The notes under the pieces: model-generated | Told to the model about the DNA's origin: nothing | The model's input: the letters and a program-made list of their open reading frames with translations, nothing else | Databases searched by the model: none | Source of the DNA: a virus | Reading direction: 5' to 3' (one strand) | Virus genome (UHGV): UHGV-1300782 | Length of the DNA stretch: 12,558 nucleotides | Shown: positions 1 through 6,664 of the stretch, piece after piece | Numbering within the stretch: position 1 is the stretch's first letter | Layout of the letters: every line of letters starts with the position of its first letter | Program-made: the position numbers and the translations under genes

Positions 1-147
1 GGCGTCCGCTGGGTTATCGTTGGCCACATCGCGAGCTTCTTTGCTGACGAAAGCCCACTTAATGCCTTCCTGTAAGGTGCGGAACTTCCAGCTCATGAAT
101 CCGCATGCAGTAACGCAGTACCAACCGTTGATGATTTTCCACTGCAT
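1..147 (-). CDS. Hypothetical protein, N-terminal 49 codons only (gene runs off the left edge); first gene of the leftward early transcript
   Basis: Minus-strand ATG at 147-145 with GAGGT 8 nt upstream; reverse-complement translation MQWKIINGWYCVTACGFMSWKFRTLQEGIKWAFVSKEARDVANDNPADA stays open to position 1. Lies directly downstream of the PL-like promoter. Absent from the ORF track because it is truncated. No family recognised. Confidence 0.45.
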   Translation of the reverse strand, partial: MQWKIINGWYCVTACGFMSWKFRTLQEGIKWAFVSKEARDVANDNPADA

Positions 148-166
148 AACTTGTTACCTCGGTCTG

Positions 167-243
167 TTACCGTTGAGGTAATAATTATGCTTATTTGGTT
201 TGGTGTCAATAGATATGAGTTAAAAAAATTACCCGTAAGGTAA
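167..243 (-). promoter_or_regulatory. PL-like leftward early promoter bracketed by two operator palindromes
   Basis: Read on the minus strand: -35 TTGACA (plus 204-209), 17-nt spacer, -10 AATTAT (plus 181-186). Perfect palindromes TTACC-GTTGA-GGTAA at 167-181 (abutting the -10, over the start site) and TTACC-CGTAA-GGTAA at 229-243 (20 bp upstream of the -35). Operator centres are 62 bp apart. Confidence 0.6.
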
Positions 244-250
244 TCTATCT

Positions 251-280
251 GGCAATAAAAAAGCCGCCATGAGGCGGCTT
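251..280 (-). terminator. Intrinsic terminator of the repressor gene
   Basis: GC-rich hairpin AAGCCGCC-atga-GGCGGCTT (261-280) followed on the minus strand by TTTTATTGCC (reverse complement of 251-260); lies about 20 nt past the repressor stop codon. No U-tract on the plus strand, so unidirectional. Confidence 0.7.
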
Positions 281-300
281 ACTTGCTGAAAACTATAGTT

Positions 301-885
301 TTATTGTTTGCTTTTTTCGTTCTGGTTGATGACAAATTCAATGTAACTTTCGATCTTTGCTTTCTCGGTTTCGGGTAACAATGCGTAGCGCGAGCGGTCA
401 TAGTTGATGGTCGCAGGGTCGTGCGGGTGAATCAGTAATTCATAGCCGTGACGCCCGAATGCGGATGCCACATTCTCCAGGGTGGAAATGGAAACGCTAA
501 CCTCATTGTTTAACAGGCGGCTGATTGTCACCTGGGCGACGCCGGATGCGCGGTGAAGTTTTCCCTGTGTTGAAAGGTCGCGGCTTTCGCTCATCCAGCG
601 TTCCAGGTTGTGAGCCGCCAGCTGACCAATGTCGCTTGGGCCGACAGGCTGAAAACCTTCCTGAGAAAGCGAGCGATCGATATCAAGCCAGTTACGGGGT
701 TTATTGGCGGCAGCTTCAATTTTTCGCGCAACCTGGTCGCCGATAACCTTCTTGCCAAGAGCCCAGCGGTTTACCAGATTTGCCTGAGTTCCAAGTTTTT
801 CTGCCATCCGCGTCTGAACACCATTGAATTCACGGTCGATCAAGTCGTTGAGATTTTGCCTGCGGACGTCCTGGATACTTTTCAT
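301..885 (-). CDS. Prophage immunity repressor, tandem helix-turn-helix, no recognisable S24 autopeptidase domain
   Basis: 194-codon ORF divergent from the cro-like gene, with operator palindromes on both sides. N-terminal segment QTRMAEKLGTQANLVNRWALGKK and C-terminal segment SGVAQVTISRLLNNEVSVSISTLENVASAFG both read as HTH units. No Ala-Gly cleavage site or Ser/Lys dyad motif seen. Own terminator at 251-280. No SD before the ATG. Confidence 0.7.
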   Translation of the reverse strand: MKSIQDVRRQNLNDLIDREFNGVQTRMAEKLGTQANLVNRWALGKKVIGDQVARKIEAAANKPRNWLDIDRSLSQEGFQPVGPSDIGQLAAHNLERWMSESRDLSTQGKLHRASGVAQVTISRLLNNEVSVSISTLENVASAFGRHGYELLIHPHDPATINYDRSRYALLPETEKAKIESYIEFVINQNEKSKQ

Positions 886-940
886 TTTCTGGAAAATCGC
901 CTCATATATGAATCAGTAGATGATTCAATTTAAAGCAATA

Positions 941-1014
941 TTACCCAACAGGTAAATGCACCTCATAGGTAACTATCCTTGATTTTTGTTACCTTATGGG
1001 TGAATATTTATTAT
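941..1014. promoter_or_regulatory. OR-like operator cluster with candidate rightward promoter
   Basis: Three sites between the divergent genes: TTACC-CAACA-GGTAA (941-955, perfect), GCACC-TCATA-GGTAA (958-972), TTACC-TTATG-GGTGA (989-1003). Candidate rightward promoter -35 TTGTTA (986-991), 17-nt spacer, -10 TATTAT (1009-1014), overlapping the third site. The leftward repressor promoter could not be placed with confidence. Confidence 0.55.
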
Positions 1015-1039
1015 CTGAAATAAATATCAGGCAATAGCT

Positions 1040-1270
1040 ATGAGCGATAACGGACATTTCGATTTCAAAAAGCACTGGCTTGCACTTACTCCGGATGAGC
1101 GTGAAGCCTTCGCACAGGAAGCCGGAACGACGAGTCACTATATCCAGACTCACTTAACAGGTAAGCGCAAAATGCCAGGTAAAGTATTGATGAATGGGCT
1201 TTTTAAAGCCTGTAAAACAAGACAATGGCTGCGCTCAAAAGCAGAACTGGCATACTTCTTCTACTCATGA
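1040..1270 (+). CDS. Cro-like small HTH DNA-binding protein
   Basis: 76-codon ORF divergent from the repressor; HTH-like stretch REAFAQEAGTTSHYIQTHLTGKR. Assigned mainly by position and size; no clear SD upstream. Confidence 0.6.
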   Translation: MSDNGHFDFKKHWLALTPDEREAFAQEAGTTSHYIQTHLTGKRKMPGKVLMNGLFKACKTRQWLRSKAELAYFFYS

Positions 1271-1292
1271 TATCCAGCCACAACCCTCTGTA

Positions 1293-1314
1293 GACCGCCA
1301 TCCGGCGGTCTTTT
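1293..1314 (+). terminator. Intrinsic terminator downstream of cro-like gene (tR1-like position)
   Basis: Hairpin GACCGCC-atcc-GGCGGTC (1293-1310) followed by TTTT (1311-1314), 23 nt after the stop at 1270. The U-tract is short, so termination may be partial. Confidence 0.55.
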
Positions 1315-1325
1315 CATATCTATTC

Positions 1326-1340
1326 GCACCTTAAAGGTAA
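1326..1340. promoter_or_regulatory. Degenerate operator-like site GCACC-TTAAA-GGTAA
   Basis: Shares the GCACC left half-site with the 958-972 site and the exact GGTAA right half with 5-nt spacing; lies just after the terminator and upstream of the replication genes. Confidence 0.3.
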
Positions 1341-1420
1341 CAAAAAACCAAATATGGTTGATCTTTTTTTTGTGTCAGCACAAAATAACCGTAATCCCAA
1401 TACTAATAACAGGGATTACC

Positions 1421-1621
1421 ATGGAAATCATTACACGTATTGATGCCGCAAAGCGCGGACTTAAACGCTACTACACCGGAAAAACATGTAAGCACGGACA
1501 TGACAGTGAACGCTGGGTTTACAACGGACACTGTGTTGAGTGCACCATGGAATCAAACCGTCGTATCAGGGCAGAGATTAAGCAGATCATGATTAATTCC
1601 TCCCCACAACATTCAAGCTGA
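1421..1621 (+). CDS. Small zinc-ribbon protein in the cII position
   Basis: ATG 1421 with GGGA 7 nt upstream; the 1358 start in the ORF track only adds a hydrophobic run. Cys/His pairs CKHGH ... HCVEC suggest a zinc ribbon. Function not recognised. Confidence 0.55.
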   Translation: MEIITRIDAAKRGLKRYYTGKTCKHGHDSERWVYNGHCVECTMESNRRIRAEIKQIMINSSPQHSS

Positions 1622-1636
1622 TAGCGGAGATTAATC

Positions 1637-2452
1637 ATGAGCAGACATGCAACAGATTGGGCCTGGGAGACAGATCCAGGTAGCTCGTCATTAAAGCTCA
1701 TACTGCTCTCGATGGCTGACAGAGCCGATGAATATAACCTCTGCTACCCCAGCATAGAACGCCTCGTTAAAGACACTTGCCTGAATAAAAAAACCGTGCA
1801 GGCCGGGCTTATATCGCTCATGAAAATGGGGCTTATTTCAGATACCGGAGAGAGAAAGGGAGCGACGAAAAGAGTGCGGGTTTTCTCTCTTAATATAACC
1901 AAAAACGGGAACATTAAAGGCAACCGGGAAGGGGGTAATGAACCCGAAAACGGTAATGTTACCGAAAACGGGAATATACCCAAAAACGGGATGTTGAATG
2001 ATCCCAAAAACGGGATGTTGAATGATCCCAAAAACGGGATCCAGAACCAGTCATATAACCAGTCATTTAACCAAGAGAGGGAGAGCAGGACAAAAACCGG
2101 GGATTCTGTTCCTCATGACCCCGGCGCAAACAACGCCGTGATGAATAACTTTGTTCCTCCTGGTGGGCCAGGGCAATTAGGCAAATTTGTCATGCATGAA
2201 CAATGGCAGCCATCAGATGACTTTCTTCGGAAAAGCTCATTGCAGGGGATCTACCTGGACAGTCTGCCAACGGCACAGGAACTTGCAGAGTTCAGAATTT
2301 ACTGGATGGCTGAGGGTAAGGCATACCATCAGGCACAGTGGGAGCAGAAGCTGGCAAGGCGGCTGCAGATTAGCAGACAGAAGCAATCAACATTACCTGA
2401 TAACAACGTTCCGCACTGGAACAGCCCTGAAGCGTGGGAGGATTTCTTGTGA
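1637..2452 (+). CDS. Replication initiator (lambda O-like role), N-terminal winged-helix replication-protein domain, iterons embedded in the coding sequence
   Basis: GGAG 7 nt before ATG 1637. N-terminus LKLILLSMADRADEYNLCYPSIERLVKDTCLNKKTVQAGLISLMKMGLI matches the HTH pattern I associate with phage replication initiators. The central region is low-complexity (PKNGMLNDPKNGMLNDPKNG) because it is encoded by the iterons. Stop overlaps the next gene's start (GTGA). Confidence 0.7.
   Translation: MSRHATDWAWETDPGSSSLKLILLSMADRADEYNLCYPSIERLVKDTCLNKKTVQAGLISLMKMGLISDTGERKGATKRVRVFSLNITKNGNIKGNREGGNEPENGNVTENGNIPKNGMLNDPKNGMLNDPKNGIQNQSYNQSFNQERESRTKTGDSVPHDPGANNAVMNNFVPPGGPGQLGKFVMHEQWQPSDDFLRKSSLQGIYLDSLPTAQELAEFRIYWMAEGKAYHQAQWEQKLARRLQISRQKQSTLPDNNVPHWNSPEAWEDFL
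1898..2041. repeat. Iteron array, probable origin of replication
   Basis: Six copies of CC(A/G)AAAACGG(G/T)A at about 1898, 1943, 1961, 1978, 2002 and 2026. The last three sit in an exact 24-bp tandem CCCAAAAACGGGATGTTGAATGAT (1979-2002, 2003-2026, partial third to 2041). Followed by a short direct repeat CCAGTCAT (2049-2056, 2063-2070). Confidence 0.75.
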
Positions 2453-3234
2453 ACAACGTTTTTACCGCGATACAAAACCGTGACGGAGAAGCCCTTTCTC
2501 GCATGTCAGGTTATGAGCATCAGTACGTCAACAATGACAATGTGGTGAACATGTCAGCAGAGAGGCTTGTTGATGCCCTTTTCAAACAGCTGAAACAACT
2601 GTTTCCGGCGGCAGTGGTAACCAACCTGAAGACGCCAGAGCAGGAAGTTGCTGCAAAACAGCAGTGGATTGCTGCGTTTGCCGAAGGGGGAATACGTACC
2701 CGTGAACAGGTTTCTGCTGGTATGCGCCACGCCCGCGCCAGTGAATCTCCGTTCTGGCCGTCGCCAGGGCAATTCATCAAGTGGTGTAAAGACAGCAAGA
2801 TGGTTCTTGGCGTCACCATTGACGATGTGATGGCGGAGTTTCACCGGTACAGCAAGGAAAAAAGTTTATATCCTGGTGGTCCCGAAAGATTCCCGTGGCG
2901 GCATCCGGTTATGTACTGGGTCGTATGTGATACACGCCGTGCAATGTATCAGCGCCAGCTTAGCGAGATTGAGGTTGAGAAACACGCGCGCAGGCTGCTC
3001 GATGATTGGGCGAAAAAGGTGGCTTCCGGACAGCAGATACCCGATCCGGTGATCAGCATACAGGCAAAGCCAGAACCCATGAGTACACCTCCGGACACAG
3101 GGAGAGACGTTTACCATCCACCAGGGCGAAGTTTCGGGTGCATGCCTAACGCCGCCACCCTGGGGGGAATAACACCGGCGCAGTGGCTGATGGAGGAATA
3201 CAGGCGGGGAAAGGCGGCAGGATTTATCAAGTAA
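2449..3234 (+). CDS. Lambda P-like replication protein (helicase loader)
   Basis: GGGAGGA (2436-2442) 6 nt before GTG 2449, overlapping the upstream stop; the 2434 start in the ORF track is the same frame. Stretch QQWIAAFAEGGIRTREQVSAGMRHARASESPFWPSPGQFIKWC closely resembles, as I recall it, the lambda P region containing PSPGQF. Confidence 0.65.
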   Translation: MNNVFTAIQNRDGEALSRMSGYEHQYVNNDNVVNMSAERLVDALFKQLKQLFPAAVVTNLKTPEQEVAAKQQWIAAFAEGGIRTREQVSAGMRHARASESPFWPSPGQFIKWCKDSKMVLGVTIDDVMAEFHRYSKEKSLYPGGPERFPWRHPVMYWVVCDTRRAMYQRQLSEIEVEKHARRLLDDWAKKVASGQQIPDPVISIQAKPEPMSTPPDTGRDVYHPPGRSFGCMPNAATLGGITPAQWLMEEYRRGKAAGFIK

Positions 3235-3239
3235 TACCA

Positions 3240-3259
3240 GCGCGATGGCGCATTTTTTT
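3240..3259 (+). terminator. Weak intrinsic terminator after the P-like gene
   Basis: Short stem GCGC-gatg-GCGC (3240-3251) followed by a T7 run (3253-3259). The stem is only 4 bp, so strength is uncertain. Confidence 0.4.
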
Positions 3260-3270
3260 ACGTCTCGATG

Positions 3271-3348
3271 ATTACCTTCTAGGTAATAAAATATTCTAAA
3301 ATCTATTGATTTCGTGTCTTATGTGGTTTTTAATTACCTCAGAGGTAA
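3271..3348 (+). promoter_or_regulatory. Second promoter-operator cassette, rightward, in front of the accessory gene block
   Basis: ATTACC-TTCTA-GGTAAT (3271-3287), -35 TTGATT (3306-3311), 17-nt spacer, -10 TTTAAT (3329-3334), then TTACC-TCAGA-GGTAA (3334-3348) abutting the -10. Operator centres are 62 bp apart, as at PL. The right half-site GAGGT also serves as the SD for the ATG at 3352. Confidence 0.6.
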
Positions 3349-3351
3349 ATC

Positions 3352-3696
3352 ATGAGAAAACAGATACAGGCTCTTGGTCGACTCAAAACAGGCCAGATGA
3401 ACAAAACAGAATCTGCGTATTGCCAGCACCTTGAGCAGCGTAAACGTGCAGGGGAAATCGCCTGGTATCGATTCGAGGGTATCAAGCTGCGGTTAGCTGA
3501 CAACACGTTCTATACGCCCGATTTTGCTGTGATGCTCGCCACCGGCGAGATGGAACTGCACGAAGTGAAAGGTTTCTGGACCGACGACGCCAGAGTGAAA
3601 ACCAAAGTCGCCGCAGATCAGTATCCGTTCCGAATCATCGGGGTAACGGTTAAACCAAAGAAAGCAGGTGGTGGCTGGAACATCGAAGAGTTCTGA
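3352..3696 (+). CDS. DUF1064-like protein with a PD-(D/E)xK nuclease-type motif
   Basis: 114 codons; GAGGT 4 nt before the ATG. Segment YTPDFAVMLATGEMELHEVKG fits PD ... E-x-K spacing. The DUF1064 family assignment is from memory. Confidence 0.6.
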   Translation: MRKQIQALGRLKTGQMNKTESAYCQHLEQRKRAGEIAWYRFEGIKLRLADNTFYTPDFAVMLATGEMELHEVKGFWTDDARVKTKVAADQYPFRIIGVTVKPKKAGGGWNIEEF

Positions 3697-3757
3697 ATCG
3701 ACGATCTTTTTAGTTATCAATGTAATCAATAAGTTATGTGGATAAGCGAGGGTAAAG

Positions 3758-4318
3758 ATGGAAAGTAATATCAAAGGGTTAGTTTACGCCGGGCATGAGA
3801 TGGCTTCGGAACTGAAAGCAGAATGTGGTGCCGTTGATATGCGTAGTGTGGCAAAGCTGATCAGCGATTTGGCAACGCAACTGGAAGTGCAACTGGTGCG
3901 TGCTAATGCGATGGCGTCGGAGAATGAGGCGTTGAAGTCGAACCTGATTTACTGGGGCGGCGAAGATTCAGGGGCTGTCAGAAGTCCGCTTGATTACGCC
4001 CGTGCAGCCGGGCTGGAATCTGGAGAGGAGTTTGAGATGCAAGTGGCAGCCAGAATGCCGAACCTGACTTATCGCGTTGTGTCGAATTCCCGATTCAGAA
4101 CAACAATAGAACTGGTTGACGGATCATTGCCGGAAACCCCAGCCACCGATGCTTTTCTGGCTGAAGTACGGGCGCAGGCGTTTAATGACCTTTGCTCGGC
4201 GTTCGTTAAACACGCGAATCTCGCGGGAATGGATGATGGTGAGCTAGTGAGTCTTAAATATGCGACGGACGCCCTGCTGCATTGTGCGGAACAGCTTCGC
4301 AAAGGAGGCAACCAGTGA
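3758..4318 (+). CDS. Hypothetical protein (186 aa)
   Basis: GAGGGT 4 nt before ATG 3758; stop overlaps the next gene's start (GTGA at 4315-4318). No family recognised. Confidence 0.6.
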   Translation: MESNIKGLVYAGHEMASELKAECGAVDMRSVAKLISDLATQLEVQLVRANAMASENEALKSNLIYWGGEDSGAVRSPLDYARAAGLESGEEFEMQVAARMPNLTYRVVSNSRFRTTIELVDGSLPETPATDAFLAEVRAQAFNDLCSAFVKHANLAGMDDGELVSLKYATDALLHCAEQLRKGGNQ

Positions 4319-4860
4319 GTGTAACGGTTGAAAAGATTGATGTGTTGTCATTCGTTATAACCGGTGCAGAGCGACTAGATCCGGTTCGAGTGATGATTGA
4401 AAACTACGAACCTGGTAAGGGAAGAATCACCATCACCAGCTACGGAAAAGCGTGGACTGCGGCTTGGTTTGCTATGGGCGGTGATGATGTGCAGACGTTC
4501 ATTAAGCGAGTCAGCAACGACTATCTAATCGACAATTTCGACCCTCAACTGCTAAGCACGGTCGACGATGACAACGATGCAAATCTGCTTTTCGTGAAGT
4601 CAGAAATCATAAAGTTACGAAGAGAGAGAGAAATCGACGCTGTACAGGCTCGCGAAATGTGGGACGAGGCGGAAAACGCCGATGACGTAAAAGAAAGCTG
4701 CTGCTGTTTCGGCGTCGGTAACAAACTACTGAATCTCTTTGGTGATGATCCGTGGTATGCCAACTGGCCAACGATACCAAACCCGAAATACCAGTATCTG
4801 GAACGCGTACTTAATGCAGTGAGAGACGGTCTTAAGCAAATAGAGAAGGTGGAACCATGA
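4315..4860 (+). CDS. Hypothetical protein (181 aa) with a Cys triplet (ESCCCFGVG)
   Basis: AGGAGG (4303-4308) 6 nt before GTG 4315; the TTG at 4282 in the ORF track is the same frame but overlaps the upstream gene. Stop overlaps the next ATG (ATGA at 4857-4860). Confidence 0.6.
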   Translation: MSVTVEKIDVLSFVITGAERLDPVRVMIENYEPGKGRITITSYGKAWTAAWFAMGGDDVQTFIKRVSNDYLIDNFDPQLLSTVDDDNDANLLFVKSEIIKLRREREIDAVQAREMWDEAENADDVKESCCCFGVGNKLLNLFGDDPWYANWPTIPNPKYQYLERVLNAVRDGLKQIEKVEP

Positions 4861-5156
4861 CTGTATGTCTTATTGATAAACGTCGACGTGGGCAACAAAT
4901 ACCATCTGTTGAAATGCCGAATCACACATGGTTTTGCGTACTTGATATCGATGGTATGGATACGTTGGTTGACACTCGTCATTACTGCGATACCGCAACA
5001 GCTACTCCGGCGAAAGCAAAGAAAATGGCTGCTCTGATAGAAAACTGGACTCCACCTGATGGTTGGTGCAATGGGAATGATCGAGATTGGCACGAAAAAA
5101 TGAAGGGCTATATCTGCGATTTTTTACGTAAATGCAACGGCTTCAGGGTGATGTGA
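4857..5156 (+). CDS. Hypothetical protein (99 aa), Cys/Trp-rich
   Basis: GAAGGTGG 4-5 nt before ATG 4857, translationally coupled to the upstream gene; stop TGA 5154-5156 is followed one base later by the next ATG. Confidence 0.6.
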   Translation: MTVCLIDKRRRGQQIPSVEMPNHTWFCVLDIDGMDTLVDTRHYCDTATATPAKAKKMAALIENWTPPDGWCNGNDRDWHEKMKGYICDFLRKCNGFRVM

Positions 5157-5157
5157 C

Positions 5158-5442
5158 ATGAGCAAGATTGACTATCAGGCACTGCGTGAAAAGGCAGAGA
5201 AAGCAACGTGTGGTGTGTGGTCGCTCGAATATGGAGAGGGCCGATTTGATGGTGATGATGCACTAATTCATCGCGAGGCTGCTGGGTATATTCCCATTTG
5301 CAGAATTGAAGGAGCGCATCCAGAAAGCGGTTTCGATGAAGATTTCCAAATGGATTCGAAAGAATGCATTGACGTAATTCGTGAAGAAGTAAAGCGATGG
5401 AATGATTCCCGCGCCGCTGGTATTCGCATCAAAGGAGAGTGA
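5158..5442 (+). CDS. Ead/Ea22-like family protein (tentative)
   Basis: AGGGTGA 6 nt before ATG 5158. N-terminus ALREKAEKATCGVW resembles the LRELAEKATPGPW-type motif I associate with Ead/Ea22-like prophage proteins. Confidence 0.5.
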   Translation: MSKIDYQALREKAEKATCGVWSLEYGEGRFDGDDALIHREAAGYIPICRIEGAHPESGFDEDFQMDSKECIDVIREEVKRWNDSRAAGIRIKGE

Positions 5443-5443
5443 G

Positions 5444-5635
5444 ATGAACGGACAAATATCAATTGTTCGACCAGGAGCATGTGACGATCGCGAAATACGA
5501 ATGATTATTCGTCTGGCGAGGGGGAAAACAATAACTGCTCTCATTACTCCAGAAAATCTCGCATTAGCATTAACCGGAAAGTCAGACCTGCCAGTAGAGC
5601 TAAAGCTGCGAAATGTTGAGATTAAGGTGAAATAG
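5444..5635 (+). CDS. Hypothetical small protein (63 aa)
   Basis: AAAGGAG 6 nt before ATG 5444, one base after the upstream stop; the 5402 start in the ORF track would overlap the previous gene. Confidence 0.55.
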   Translation: MNGQISIVRPGACDDREIRMIIRLARGKTITALITPENLALALTGKSDLPVELKLRNVEIKVK

Positions 5636-5637
5636 TT

Positions 5638-6390
5638 ATGAATACTCTTACCAAAGAATGGTTACAGAACACGATTACCGGAATTGAGTCGATAATAGAC
5701 GATAAATCGTTTGTATGTAGTGAAATAGCATTCGAAATAGGTGTGGTTAACAACATACTTACCGCATTTAAAATTGCACTGGCATCGCTGGCAGCAGTAT
5801 CGGATGAACGGGCAGCCTATGAATTATTTATGGAGAAGCGTTTCGGGGAATCTGTAGATCGCCGCAGGGCAAAAAATGGTGATAGAGAATACATGGCATG
5901 GGATATGGCGCTTGGCTGGATTATCTGGTGTCACCGCGCCGCCATGCTTCAGGGAGGCCAACCTGTAAACCAAACTTACAACTTGCCAGAATTAATCGAA
6001 GGCATGGAAGTTTCCATTGATGTAAGCACTTGTGATGCTGATTTAGGTAATCGCTATTTCGGCACCGTCACCGAGGCGTTAGAACTTGATACTGCCAAGA
6101 ATGGTTACATCCTCCTGGTTCAGGACGCAGAGCCAAACTTCGATGTAAATGGCAACTCTCCGGCAACTCCGGATAGTTGGATAAGCTGTAGTGAGCGAAT
6201 GCCGGAAGACACCAAAATGTTACTGGCATTTAGTCAAGGTGAAATCGTGGCCGCATATTGGAACTGGGTTGTAAATCCAATTGATTACAAAAAATACAGA
6301 GCTTTCACGTATTTATCAGGAAATATCCTAGATGACGTAACCCACTGGATGCCGCTGCCAGAACCGCCGCAGGAGGTTAACCGTGGCTAA
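5638..6390 (+). CDS. DUF551-like protein (tentative, C-terminal WMPLPEPP motif)
   Basis: AAGGTGA 7 nt before ATG 5638. C-terminus SERMPEDT ... THWMPLPEPP resembles the conserved tail of DUF551 prophage proteins as I remember it. Confidence 0.55.
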   Translation: MNTLTKEWLQNTITGIESIIDDKSFVCSEIAFEIGVVNNILTAFKIALASLAAVSDERAAYELFMEKRFGESVDRRRAKNGDREYMAWDMALGWIIWCHRAAMLQGGQPVNQTYNLPELIEGMEVSIDVSTCDADLGNRYFGTVTEALELDTAKNGYILLVQDAEPNFDVNGNSPATPDSWISCSERMPEDTKMLLAFSQGEIVAAYWNWVVNPIDYKKYRAFTYLSGNILDDVTHWMPLPEPPQEVNRG

Positions 6391-6664
6391 CCTGCAACTT
6401 GCCGTCAAAGGTGAATACTTCGATGCCATGATTCGCGGAGATAAAACGGAAGAGTATCGCCTGTGTAATGACTACTGGGAAAAGCGAATTATGTTCCGGG
6501 AATATGACCGCCTGATTATCACAAAGGGATATCCGAAGCGTGACGATTCCAGCCGCAGAATTGACGTTCCGTATGGCGGCTATGAAATCAAGACAATCAC
6601 ACATCCGCACTTCGGCGATAAACCGGTAAAGGTATACGCGATAAAGGTAAATATTGATGGCTAA
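6383..6664 (+). CDS. ASCH/PUA-like small protein (tentative)
   Basis: AGGAGG (6371-6376) 6 nt before GTG 6383, overlapping the upstream stop. N-terminus LAVKGEYFDAMIRGDKTEEYRL matches the ASCH-type pattern (I..I.....GKKT.E.R). Confidence 0.5.
   Translation: MANLQLAVKGEYFDAMIRGDKTEEYRLCNDYWEKRIMFREYDRLIITKGYPKRDDSSRRIDVPYGGYEIKTITHPHFGDKPVKVYAIKVNIDG

Noticed and set aside
525-933. Plus-strand ORFs 525-746 and 610-933 overlapping the repressor gene
   Set aside because: Antisense to the repressor ORF, which has coherent HTH features and flanking operators; no start signals
1358-1420. Upstream ATG extension of the zinc-ribbon gene
   Set aside because: Adds a hydrophobic run with no SD and overlaps promoter-like sequence; ATG 1421 has a GGGA upstream
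1744-2031. 95-aa minus-strand ORF with repeated GSFNIPFLG
   Set aside because: It is the antisense reading of the iteron array inside the initiator gene; its repetitiveness comes from the DNA repeats
1979-2041. Possible CRISPR-like array
   Set aside because: The 24-bp units are directly tandem with no spacers and lie inside a coding sequence; these are replication iterons
4545-5093. 182-aa minus-strand ORF antisense to the 4315-5156 genes
   Set aside because: Embedded antisense to two translationally coupled genes with good SDs; Ser/Cys-rich junk-like translation
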